In this document: positions 8,597-16,669 of the stretch, in pieces
How positions within the stretch are numbered: position 1 is the stretch's first letter
How the letters are laid out: every line of letters begins with the position of its first letter
NCBI GenBank assembly: GCA_017473085.1
Contig: JAFUNF010000018.1
Location: 11,886 to 75,885, forward strand
Length of the DNA stretch: 64,000 bases
Direction: 5' to 3'
DNA from: Clostridia bacterium
GTDB lineage: Bacteria > Bacillota > Clostridia > Oscillospirales > CAG-272
Program-made: the position numbers and the translations under genes
The notes under the pieces: model-generated
Seen by the model: only the letters and a program-made list of their open reading frames with translations
Told to the model about the DNA's origin: nothing
The model's database searches: none

Positions 8597-10198
8597 TTAA
8601 TACTTCCTTTCGCCAAATATTTTACTTCCAACTCTAACCAAGGTAGCGCCTGCCTCAATTGCGTATTCGTAGCTGTCGCTCATACCCATAGATAGAATTG
8701 CATTTTTATCAAAAAGCTTATCGAAAAGCTGTTTTACAATACCAAAATAGTAAAGGTATTCCTCTCTTGTCTGACATTTGGGCGCCATGGTCATAAGTCC
8801 ACGCACGCATACGTTTTTGTACTTTTTTGCATTTTCGCAAAAATCAGACACGTCCTCGGGCAAAATGCCACCCTTGGACTCCTCTCTTCCACTGTTTACC
8901 TCAATTAATACGTTTACCACCCTGCCGATTTTTTCAGCACGCTTGTTAATTTCCTCAAGCAAGGAAAGGGAGTCAACGGAGTGAATGAGGCTTACCTTGT
9001 CAATTATATATTTTACCTTGTTTTTTTGCAGAGTGCCAATAAAATGTAGCTCTGCACTTTTGTCGTATTGGCCGTACTTTTCAAGTAATTCATTTACACG
9101 ATTTTCGCCAATACAGCCACAGCCTAAGGAAATTAAGTAGTTAATGTCCTCTGCACTTTGCATTTTGGTAGCCGATAAAAGTGTAACTCGCCCCTCCTTG
9201 TCAAGGGCTTTAATTTTTGAAAGCACGCTTTCATAATTTTCTTTAATTTGCTGTTTTCTTGTATCCATTTTTCCTTGTAAAATTTCTTTTGCTACTTGTA
9301 TTGGGTCCTCTTCATCAACGTAAATTACGTTGTAGTAGTCGTGCCTTGAAAACCAAGTAAGCTGTCTTTTTGCGTAGTGCCTTGTTGATAGCTTTAGCTC
9401 CTCTACACAGGAGTCAAGGCTTGCGTATCCTTCAAAATAAGGAATAAATTCCTTGTAGCCAATAGCTCCTGAGGCAGTGTATTGCTTGTCAAGATAGCCC
9501 TTTTCAAAAAGCTCCCTTGCCTCATCTAAAAGACCGTCATTTAGCATTATGTCAACTCTTTTTTCAATGCGAGAGTAAAGCTTTTCCCTGTCCTTACAGG
9601 TTAAGAAAAAGACCGTTGCCTCATAAGGAGATTCGACCTCTTTGGAGCGTCTGTCCCACTCGCTTTTTGTAACGCCTGTGCAATGATAAATTTCAAGGGC
9701 GCGAATAACTCTTTTCAAATTGTTTTCGTGAATAGCCTGGGCACTTTCAGAGTCCACCTCTTTCAAAAGGCTGTGCACGTAACCGTTGCCCTTTTCAAGA
9801 GCTTCTTTTTCTAAAAATTGCCTGTATTCCTCGTCCTTTGCCGAGGTGGAAAAGGATGGAATTTCAATAACACTGTCAAGATAAAGCCCTGTGCCACCAC
9901 AAAAAATAGGTGTCTTGCCTCGCTTGATAACCTCGTCAATCTTTTCCTTTGCTACCTTGGCATAATCTGCACAGGAAAACTCCTCGTTGGGATTTTTTAT
10001 GTCAATCAAATGATGAGGCACTAAGGCTTGCCCCTGTTTCGTTGGCTTAGCTGTGCCAATGTCCATTGTGCGATATATCTGCATAGAATCACAGGAGATA
10101 ATCTCCCCATTCAGTAGCCTTGCTAACTCAATAGCCATAGCACTCTTACCTACTGCCGTAGGTCCAACAATCGCTATAACTCTTTGCTTTTTGTTCAT
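8597..10198 (-). CDS. miaA: in-frame fusion of tRNA dimethylallyltransferase (MiaA) and a YggS-family PLP-binding protein
   Basis: Residues from ATG 10198 (RBS AAGGAG) include the P-loop IVGPTAVGKS and CDSMQIYRTMDIGTAKP. From codon 9268 the sequence is YggS-like (ATK lysine, HFIGTLQKNKVKY). No stop codon separates the two parts. Confidence 0.8.
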   Translation of the reverse strand: MNKKQRVIAIVGPTAVGKSAMAIELARLLNGEIISCDSMQIYRTMDIGTAKPTKQGQALVPHHLIDIKNPNEEFSCADYAKVAKEKIDEVIKRGKTPIFCGGTGLYLDSVIEIPSFSTSAKDEEYRQFLEKEALEKGNGYVHSLLKEVDSESAQAIHENNLKRVIRALEIYHCTGVTKSEWDRRSKEVESPYEATVFFLTCKDREKLYSRIEKRVDIMLNDGLLDEARELFEKGYLDKQYTASGAIGYKEFIPYFEGYASLDSCVEELKLSTRHYAKRQLTWFSRHDYYNVIYVDEEDPIQVAKEILQGKMDTRKQQIKENYESVLSKIKALDKEGRVTLLSATKMQSAEDINYLISLGCGCIGENRVNELLEKYGQYDKSAELHFIGTLQKNKVKYIIDKVSLIHSVDSLSLLEEINKRAEKIGRVVNVLIEVNSGREESKGGILPEDVSDFCENAKKYKNVCVRGLMTMAPKCQTREEYLYYFGIVKQLFDKLFDKNAILSMGMSDSYEYAIEAGATLVRVGSKIFGERKY

Positions 10199-10220
10199 AG
10201 AGATTTTTCTCCTTTCTTTA

Positions 10221-10321
10221 AGCCTTCCACTTGAGGGGAAGGGGGACCGCAACCACAATGCAAACAGTATGATTAACACAACCATCAGCGGTGGATGAGG
10301 TGTAGCCTCGTCAAGAGGCGT
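10221..10321. repeat. GGGGAAGG / ACCTCATCC mosaic repeat, copy R1
   Basis: agccttccacttgaggggaagggggaccgc ... cagcggtggatgaggtgtagcctcgtcaagaggcgt. It is the inverted counterpart of 11363-11447. Confidence 0.7.
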
Positions 10322-10340
10322 ACCCGTCCTTCCTATATTT

Positions 10341-11282
10341 TTAAAATTCAACGCAGAATATTAGCTTGCTATGATTTTCTTTTTTAACGTTCTTTTCCAC
10401 GCTAACGCCTCCGCCTGCCTTTAGCTTGCTGAGAATTGCGTCAATGCTTATCGCCGTCTTTTGAGACATCGTTGCCGAGGTTGCTCCCTCAAGCTCTAAG
10501 GTTTCCGATTTTATTGCGTTCTTTTTAGAGCAACGCATTTCTATAAGATTTTTAATGTTGTCATCGTGCTTAAACCATTTAAGTGTTGGTTTTTTCGGTG
10601 TGTTGCTTCCCTCAAATTCTGCAACGATACAGCCTCGTCTATATTGAGAGGACTCGTCCTTACGATTAACCTGCACCTTTGCGCCGACTATCTTTGCTAC
10701 ACCTAAATTTCCACCAACGCTTTTCTGTTGAGAAAATTCATCTCCCTCAACGATTTCGATTGAGCATTTTTTAGCACCTAACGAGTAAGCAATATGCTTA
10801 AGCTCTGCCAATCTTTCGTCATGAGCAAGCTTAAAAAGGCAATCAATCTTTATATATCTACTTCTGTCACAGGAGTCTGCGTAATAGATTGCATTGCACT
10901 CTGCATTAGGAATAAATTTAATTCCACTAAACTCGATTGCCTCGTCATACAAATGTAATATCTGCATTTTGTCTTCTTTACCAAGCCAACCGATTGCTCC
11001 CTTGCAAACCTCTACATCCTTTCTAACCACGTCATCGACAATCTGCACCACGTATGGCAATGCAAATTCTTTGCTTTTGTAGTCCTCGGGAAATATGGGG
11101 TTGTACCTTTTGAGCTGATTCGCCCTTTGATTTTCCTTGCTTTTTTCTGAAAAGCTCTTGGCATTTTCTTGAATAGTGCTTGTTGCTTTTTTGCCAATCT
11201 CATTAGCCCTGTTAAAAAAGCCTGCTATCTTTTCGGAAAGTGCTTTCGGATTGTTGTCTTTGTTTTTTTCTTTATCGTTCAT
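10341..11282 (-). CDS. hypothetical protein (313 aa, no family recognised)
   Basis: Long ORF with a hydrophilic K/E/N-rich N-terminus and a Cys-containing globular remainder. No TM segment or signal peptide seen. Confidence 0.6.
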   Translation of the reverse strand: MNDKEKNKDNNPKALSEKIAGFFNRANEIGKKATSTIQENAKSFSEKSKENQRANQLKRYNPIFPEDYKSKEFALPYVVQIVDDVVRKDVEVCKGAIGWLGKEDKMQILHLYDEAIEFSGIKFIPNAECNAIYYADSCDRSRYIKIDCLFKLAHDERLAELKHIAYSLGAKKCSIEIVEGDEFSQQKSVGGNLGVAKIVGAKVQVNRKDESSQYRRGCIVAEFEGSNTPKKPTLKWFKHDDNIKNLIEMRCSKKNAIKSETLELEGATSATMSQKTAISIDAILSKLKAGGGVSVEKNVKKENHSKLIFCVEF

Positions 11283-11362
11283 TTTAAAATTCTCCCTTCC
11301 ATTTTCAAGATAGTCTTTGTTTTTTTCGCGAAGACGTCACGAATTATATTAGTTTTGGTGTC

Positions 11363-11447
11363 CTACACCTCATCCACCGCTTTTCGACGTTTTTACAAAG
11401 TCGCTTATTTAATTAAAGCGGTCCCCCTTCCCCTCAAGGGGAAGGCT
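11363..11447. repeat. GGGGAAGG / ACCTCATCC mosaic repeat, copy R2 (inverted relative to R1)
   Basis: ctacacctcatccaccgc ... gcggtcccccttcccctcaaggggaaggct. Overlaps the queA stop codon by 2 nt. Confidence 0.7.
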
Positions 11448-12528
11448 ATTCAATGAACATTGCATCGCCGAAGGAAAAGAAGCGATACTTAGCGCTCACC
11501 GCTTCGGCGTATGCACGCATTATGTAGTCCTTGCCACAGAGGGCAGATACTAACATAAGGAGTGTGCTTTCTGGTAGGTGGAAGTTTGTTATTAGGGCAT
11601 CTACTGCTTTGAATTTATAGCCTGGGTAGATGAAAATGCCTGTGTTTGTAGCTTGGGGGATTATTTCTCCTTCTTCTGTTGCTACGCTTTCAAGGGTACG
11701 GCAGGAGGTTGTACCTACTGCTATAATTCTGCCACCCTTCTTTTTTCTTTCGTTTATTATGTCGGCACTTTCCTTAGTTACTGTAATAAATTCGCTGTGC
11801 ATTATGTGGTCGGTAATCTTGTCTGCCTTTACAGGACGGAAGGTGCCTAAGCCCACGTGGAGCATTACAGGCACTACTGCTATACCCTTTTGCTTGATTT
11901 TTTCAAGCAATTCAGTAGTAAAATGAAGTCCTGCTGTTGGGGCTGCACTACTGCCATTTTCTCTTGCGTAAACTGTTTGATACCTTTCTTGGTCGGTAAG
12001 CTTTTCGGTAATGTATGGGGGAAGTGGCATTGTGCCAATTTGATTTAGCACCTCATAAATGCTTGAATATTTCTTTTCGTCATAGGAAAACTCAACTATT
12101 CTGTTTCCGTCCTCTACTACCTGTAAAACTGTTGCTTCAAGAATATCGTTATAGCGAATTTTACCACCAATTTTTATCTTCTTTGCAGGCTTTAAAAGGA
12201 CCTCCCATCTGTTTTGGGAGTGTTGCTTTAAAAGTAAGGTTTCAATTTTTGAGGGACCTGATGCAAATTGACCCTCATCCCTTACCTTTTCGCCATAGAT
12301 ACGGGCAGGAATAACTCTTGAATCGTTGATAACAAGAGTATCCCCCTCCTTTAGATAGTCGATTATATCGTAAAAGTGCTTATGCTCAATTACTCCGTCC
12401 CTTTTTAAAACCATAAGCCTTGAATGGTCACGAGGCTCAATAGGTGTTTGAGCAATAAGCTCAGGGGGGAGGTCGTAATAGAAGTCCTTAGTCTTAAGAT
12501 CTGTTTCAATTAGTGTATTTTTAATCAT
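11446..12528 (-). CDS. queA: S-adenosylmethionine:tRNA ribosyltransferase-isomerase
   Basis: The N-terminal [24 protein letters not shown] and overall 360-aa layout are typical of QueA. Confidence 0.9.
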   Translation of the reverse strand: MIKNTLIETDLKTKDFYYDLPPELIAQTPIEPRDHSRLMVLKRDGVIEHKHFYDIIDYLKEGDTLVINDSRVIPARIYGEKVRDEGQFASGPSKIETLLLKQHSQNRWEVLLKPAKKIKIGGKIRYNDILEATVLQVVEDGNRIVEFSYDEKKYSSIYEVLNQIGTMPLPPYITEKLTDQERYQTVYARENGSSAAPTAGLHFTTELLEKIKQKGIAVVPVMLHVGLGTFRPVKADKITDHIMHSEFITVTKESADIINERKKKGGRIIAVGTTSCRTLESVATEEGEIIPQATNTGIFIYPGYKFKAVDALITNFHLPESTLLMLVSALCGKDYIMRAYAEAVSAKYRFFSFGDAMFIE

Positions 12529-12631
12529 TTTTACCCTTTATATCATATTATATTGATAGTACATAATATCATTGTACAATATTAAACTCTTTTTTTCAAC
12601 AAATTTTTATAATTTAGGAGGATTTTAATCT

Positions 12632-13516
12632 ATGGGCAAAAAGCAACAGGTGTTTTTTGGTAGTGGTTGCGCCTTGGTAACACCCTTTAGAAATGGGGAA
12701 ATTGACTATGAGGTCCTTGAGGAATTAATTGACTTTCAAATAAGGAATGGCACAGATGCAATAATTCTTTTAGGCACAACAGGAGAGGCATCCACAATAA
12801 ACGAAAGCGAGCGAGAAAAAATAATCCCCTTTGCTAAGGAGAAAATCAAGGGTAGAGTCCCCCTTGTTGTAGGCACAGGCACAAACTCCACCGAGGTAAG
12901 CGTAAGATACACTAAAATGGCACAGGATTTAGGGGCTAATGCTTGCCTTGCAGTAACCCCATATTACAACAAGGCAACGGAGGGTGGTCTTATAGAGCAC
13001 TATAAAAAGGTGGCAGGGAGTGTGGATATTCCCATAATTTTATATAACGTACCCTCTCGCACAGGAGTAAGCCTTTCAAGTAGAGTTTATAAGGAGCTTG
13101 CCCCCATAGAAAACATAGTAGCAGTTAAGGAAGCAAGTGGAAGCGTTGCTTATATGCAAAGATTAATTTGCGATTTTGGTGCAGATTTTGATGTTTATTC
13201 AGGCAACGACGAGCTAACCTTAACCAACCTTGCCTTAGGAGGCAAGGGCGTAATTTCCGTCTGCGCTAACCTGACCCCAAGCCTGATGCACCAGCTCTGC
13301 TATGAGTTTGCAAACGATAACCCAAACAAGGCACGAGAGCTTGAATACAAGCTCCTGCCCCTAATTGACGAGCTTTTCAAGGAGGTCAACCCAATTCCAG
13401 TAAAAACTGCCCTCTACCTTATGGGAATGGTTAAAAATGAATTTCGTTTACCACTTTGTAAATCCACACGTTTAAACGAATTGGAAAACGTGCTTTCGCA
13501 ACTGAATTTGGTCTAA
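12632..13516 (+). CDS. dapA: 4-hydroxy-tetrahydrodipicolinate synthase
   Basis: ALVTPF, LLGTTGEASTI and YNVPSRTG motifs. RBS AGGAGG. Confidence 0.9.
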   Translation: MGKKQQVFFGSGCALVTPFRNGEIDYEVLEELIDFQIRNGTDAIILLGTTGEASTINESEREKIIPFAKEKIKGRVPLVVGTGTNSTEVSVRYTKMAQDLGANACLAVTPYYNKATEGGLIEHYKKVAGSVDIPIILYNVPSRTGVSLSSRVYKELAPIENIVAVKEASGSVAYMQRLICDFGADFDVYSGNDELTLTNLALGGKGVISVCANLTPSLMHQLCYEFANDNPNKARELEYKLLPLIDELFKEVNPIPVKTALYLMGMVKNEFRLPLCKSTRLNELENVLSQLNLV

Positions 13517-13548
13517 CAAAAAAGGCCCACCTCTTTTGAGGTGGGTCA
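13517..13548. terminator. bidirectional terminator between convergent genes
   Basis: cccacctc-tttt-gaggtggg with an A-run on the left. On the minus strand this reads as hairpin plus TTTTTT. Confidence 0.65.
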
Positions 13549-13568
13549 ATTTCCTTAGCTTTGCAATA

Positions 13569-14030
13569 TTATATGGCTGTACTCTTTTTGTTTTTTCCTT
13601 TGTACATTTTCTCTAGTTCCTCAGCAAGCTTTTCAAATTCATTATAATGCTTGTCAAACGTATTTATCTCGCGTTTTTTCATTATCATTGGTTTAAGCTT
13701 CCCATACAGACTTACCAAATATCTTCCCGCTAAAAGCTTTACAGTCTTTTTATCGTATATACGAGAGTTGACGCCTACACAAAAATGTTCAATTCTTGCA
13801 AGAATGGTCGATATTTTTTTGTATTCCTGAGATTTAACGTCACCCGATATATCTTTGATATCCTTAGGTTGATAACGATTTATTGTATCGAGTGCCTGCT
13901 CCTGCAATATGTTGTACGCATCAAGCGTTGCTTTCTTTTTCTCGTGTAGCACTGAAAGTACATAAGTTAAAATCGAAAAGCCTATTGACACAATTGCTAA
14001 AATTAGTGATATTATATTTATTGCTTCCAT
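13569..14030 (-). CDS. hypothetical membrane-anchored protein (one N-terminal TM, helical cytoplasmic part)
   Basis: 153-aa ORF starting 19 nt after the LRR lipoprotein stop, on the same strand. The N-terminal hydrophobic helix is INIISLILAIVSIGFSILTYVL. Confidence 0.55.
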   Translation of the reverse strand: MEAINIISLILAIVSIGFSILTYVLSVLHEKKKATLDAYNILQEQALDTINRYQPKDIKDISGDVKSQEYKKISTILARIEHFCVGVNSRIYDKKTVKLLAGRYLVSLYGKLKPMIMKKREINTFDKHYNEFEKLAEELEKMYKGKNKKSTAI

Positions 14031-14048
14031 ATTTAATACTATCCTAAA

Positions 14049-16169
14049 CTATTTATTTTTGTAGTCCCATACAACGGGGCATTTTGAATTGTTCCACCAA
14101 CTGTTCCAGCCACTTGGCTCGCTTTCTGCCTCACAGTAGATTGTAAGGCTGCCGCAATCCTCAAACGCATACCTGCCTATTGTTGTTACACTGCTTGGAA
14201 TTTCTATGCTTGCAAGACTTGTACAACCAGAAAACGCCTCCTCGCCTAACGTAGTTACACCGTTTGGTATTTCTATACTTTCAAGGTTACGGCAATTATA
14301 AAATGCTCCCTCGCCTATTGTTGTTACACTGTTTGGAATCTCTATACTTGCAAGTCTCGTACAGCCAGAAAACACATAGTTACCTATTGTAGTTACACTG
14401 CTCGGAATCTCTATGTTTGCAAGGTTCGTACAACCAGAAAACACAGCATTACCTATTGTAGTTACAGGCAAATTATTAATTTTCTCTGGGATTGTAACAC
14501 TTGTTGTATTACCTAAATAATCGTATATTGTAATCTTGTTATCGTTAGTGCTCGCCCACTTTATTCCATCATTGGTTGTGCCATATTCCTTTACGTTCCA
14601 CACAACAAGGCAATTTGAATAGTTCCAACCGCTATTCCAACCACTTGGCTTGCTTTCCGCCTCACAGTAAATTGTTAAGTTGTCACAATCATAAAATGCC
14701 CTTTTGAATATTGTAGTTACACTGCTTGGAATTGTAATACTTTCAAGGTTTGTGCGTTTATAAAACGCCAATTCGCCTATTGTTGTTACAGGCAAATTAT
14801 TAATTTTCTCAGGGATTTTAATGTTTGTTGTCCCACTTGTAATCCCACACACTACTGCCTCGTTTGGCTTATCGTTTGTTGTTGCCCACTTTATTCCATC
14901 TTCTGTTGTGCCATATTCCTTTACGTTCCACACAACAGTACAATATGAACAGTTCCAATCGATGTCCCAACCACTTGGCTTGCTTTTTGCCTCACAATAA
15001 ATTGTTAGATTCAAGCATTTATAAAACGCATACTCGCCTATTGTAGTTACACTGCTTGGTATTTCTATGCTTGCAAGATTTGTACAATTAGAAAATGCAT
15101 TGGCGCCTATTTTTCCGTCTATTATTGTTACCTTTTTCAAGCTTGTTGGAACATAGACATCATTATAAGAATAGGAGCTGGCTCCAAAAATATAACCAAA
15201 GTGTGTCTTGTCACTTCCGTTGCCTACAAATGGTATAGTTATTTCTTCAAGACTTGTGCAGCCAGAAAACACCTCCTCGCCTAACGTAGTTACACTGTTT
15301 GGTATTTCTACGCTTGCAAGACTTGTACAACCAGAAAACGCATAGCTGCCTATTTTTTCTATTCCATTTTGAATAGTTACACTTTCGAGCTTTTTGCAAC
15401 TATAAAATGCAGACTGGTTTATTTTAGTAATTCCACTTGAAATGATAACGCTTTCAAGGTTCGTGCAATTCTCAAACGCAGAGTAGCCTATTGCTTCGAC
15501 AGGTTTATCATTGTAGGTATTGGGTATTACAACTTTTTTTGCACTATCGAGGCAATCTACAACCGTATAGCCCCCTCCACTTTCCTCAAAGGTCAAGGGT
15601 TGGTATTCAGTTTTTGCATAAATTATTAGGTTACCTGTTGTGCCTTTTTCTATTTTTGTAATTGGCTTAGTGTATTCTTGGTCCTCATACCAACCTAAAA
15701 ACGTATAGCCTTCGCCATAGGCGTCCGTTAGGTCAACTTCTGTTTCAATTGTATAGCTTGTTCGGTTATAGTGACTTGCATCGCAAACATACTCAATTTC
15801 ATAGCTAATTGGTGTCCAGCTTGCCTTAAGGGTCATATCCTTAGTTACACCTCTGTAAAAAGGCCATTTATTTCCGTCAATATACCAGTGCTTTAACTCG
15901 TAGCCAAGCCTTTCAGGGTCACTTGGCTTTGGAATTTTACCACCCTTTTCCACCTGTATGCTTTCAATAGCACTTCCACCCTGTGTGTCAAAGGTAATGG
16001 TTACGTATTCGGTATTTGGGTCGGTGTTTCCATTGTCCTCCGTGCCACCTGTTTGAGTGCCATTATTTTCTGTGCCTCCAACGTTATCGTTTCCACCACA
16101 GGACACAAGTCCTATGCACAAAAGTAGGCATAAAACAGCTACACTAAAAAGTAAAATTATTTTTTTCAT
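14049..16169 (-). CDS. BspA-type leucine-rich-repeat surface lipoprotein
   Basis: Signal peptide with lipobox LVSCGG. Listeria-Bacteroides type repeats (YTFLGWY). Many about 23-aa LRR_5 units (IPxSVTTIGxxAFxxCxxL). RBS GGAGGAG. Confidence 0.8.
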   Translation of the reverse strand: MKKIILLFSVAVLCLLLCIGLVSCGGNDNVGGTENNGTQTGGTEDNGNTDPNTEYVTITFDTQGGSAIESIQVEKGGKIPKPSDPERLGYELKHWYIDGNKWPFYRGVTKDMTLKASWTPISYEIEYVCDASHYNRTSYTIETEVDLTDAYGEGYTFLGWYEDQEYTKPITKIEKGTTGNLIIYAKTEYQPLTFEESGGGYTVVDCLDSAKKVVIPNTYNDKPVEAIGYSAFENCTNLESVIISSGITKINQSAFYSCKKLESVTIQNGIEKIGSYAFSGCTSLASVEIPNSVTTLGEEVFSGCTSLEEITIPFVGNGSDKTHFGYIFGASSYSYNDVYVPTSLKKVTIIDGKIGANAFSNCTNLASIEIPSSVTTIGEYAFYKCLNLTIYCEAKSKPSGWDIDWNCSYCTVVWNVKEYGTTEDGIKWATTNDKPNEAVVCGITSGTTNIKIPEKINNLPVTTIGELAFYKRTNLESITIPSSVTTIFKRAFYDCDNLTIYCEAESKPSGWNSGWNYSNCLVVWNVKEYGTTNDGIKWASTNDNKITIYDYLGNTTSVTIPEKINNLPVTTIGNAVFSGCTNLANIEIPSSVTTIGNYVFSGCTRLASIEIPNSVTTIGEGAFYNCRNLESIEIPNGVTTLGEEAFSGCTSLASIEIPSSVTTIGRYAFEDCGSLTIYCEAESEPSGWNSWWNNSKCPVVWDYKNK

Positions 16170-16249
16170 TTTCTTCTCTCCTCCAAAGTTATTTAACTTG
16201 TTATACCTTTTCTAATTTTTACAAGGTAAACTCATAATCGAAAGTATCA

Positions 16250-16316
16250 ACGCCTCTTGCGAGGCTACACCTCCTCCGTCTGCTTCGCAGACACCTCCAC
16301 CCTCAAGGGGAAGGCT
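16250..16316. repeat. GGGGAAGG / ACCTCC mosaic repeat, copy R3
   Basis: gcctc-ttgc-gaggc, tacacctcctcc, gtctgc-ttc-gcagac, acctccac, cctcaaggggaaggct. Lies in the 5' leader of the LRR lipoprotein gene. Confidence 0.65.
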
Positions 16317-16370
16317 TTTACTTTTCATTTTTTTCTCTCCTTTTCAAATATACCAAATTGGGATAAAATT

Positions 16371-16399
16371 ATTATACCATAATGGTATAATATTGTCAA
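16371..16399 (-). promoter_or_regulatory. consensus sigma-A promoter driving the LRR lipoprotein gene, with an embedded palindromic operator
   Basis: The minus strand reads TTGACA, 17 nt, TATAAT. The spacer contains the inverted repeat TTATACCA-taa-TGGTATAA (16372-16390). On the plus strand TGgTATAAT (16383-16391) is an extended -10 for the XRE gene. Confidence 0.6.
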
Positions 16400-16424
16400 G
16401 AGATTCTATTGAATTGGAGTGTTT

Positions 16425-16637
16425 ATGAAATTTAGGCTGAAAGAACTTAGAAAGCAACGAAAAGTTTCTCAAGTAAAATTAGCTATGGATTTAAGCATGA
16501 GTCAAAACAGCATTAGCCGATATGAAAACTTGGAAAGACAAGCGGATTATTTGACTCTTATTCGATTTGCAGATTATTTTGGAGTTTCTCTCGACTATCT
16601 ATTAGGCAGAACAGATAAAAAGGACATAAACAGATAA
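16425..16637 (+). CDS. XRE-family helix-turn-helix transcriptional regulator
   Basis: The 70-aa sequence MKFRLKELRKQRKVSQVKLAMDLSMSQNSISRYEN is a classic Cro/C1 HTH. ATG 16425 with RBS GGAG is preferred over the track's GTG 16419. Confidence 0.8.
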   Translation: MKFRLKELRKQRKVSQVKLAMDLSMSQNSISRYENLERQADYLTLIRFADYFGVSLDYLLGRTDKKDINR

Positions 16638-16669
16638 AAAAGAAGCTTGCGTTTGCAAGCTTCTTTTTA
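16635..16669. terminator. bidirectional terminator between the XRE gene and jag
   Basis: agaagcttgc-gttt-gcaagcttct flanked by A- and T-runs. Confidence 0.75.

Noticed and set aside
10199-10351. N-terminal extensions proposed by the ORF track for miaA (to 10351), the SDR gene (from 36426), rpmH (to 19766), sepF (to 8658), DUF1292 (to 22430), rnpA (to 19392) and fic (from 1790).
   Set aside because: Each has an internal Met or Val with a good Shine-Dalgarno sequence where the conserved protein family begins. The extensions run through repeats, promoters or the upstream gene.
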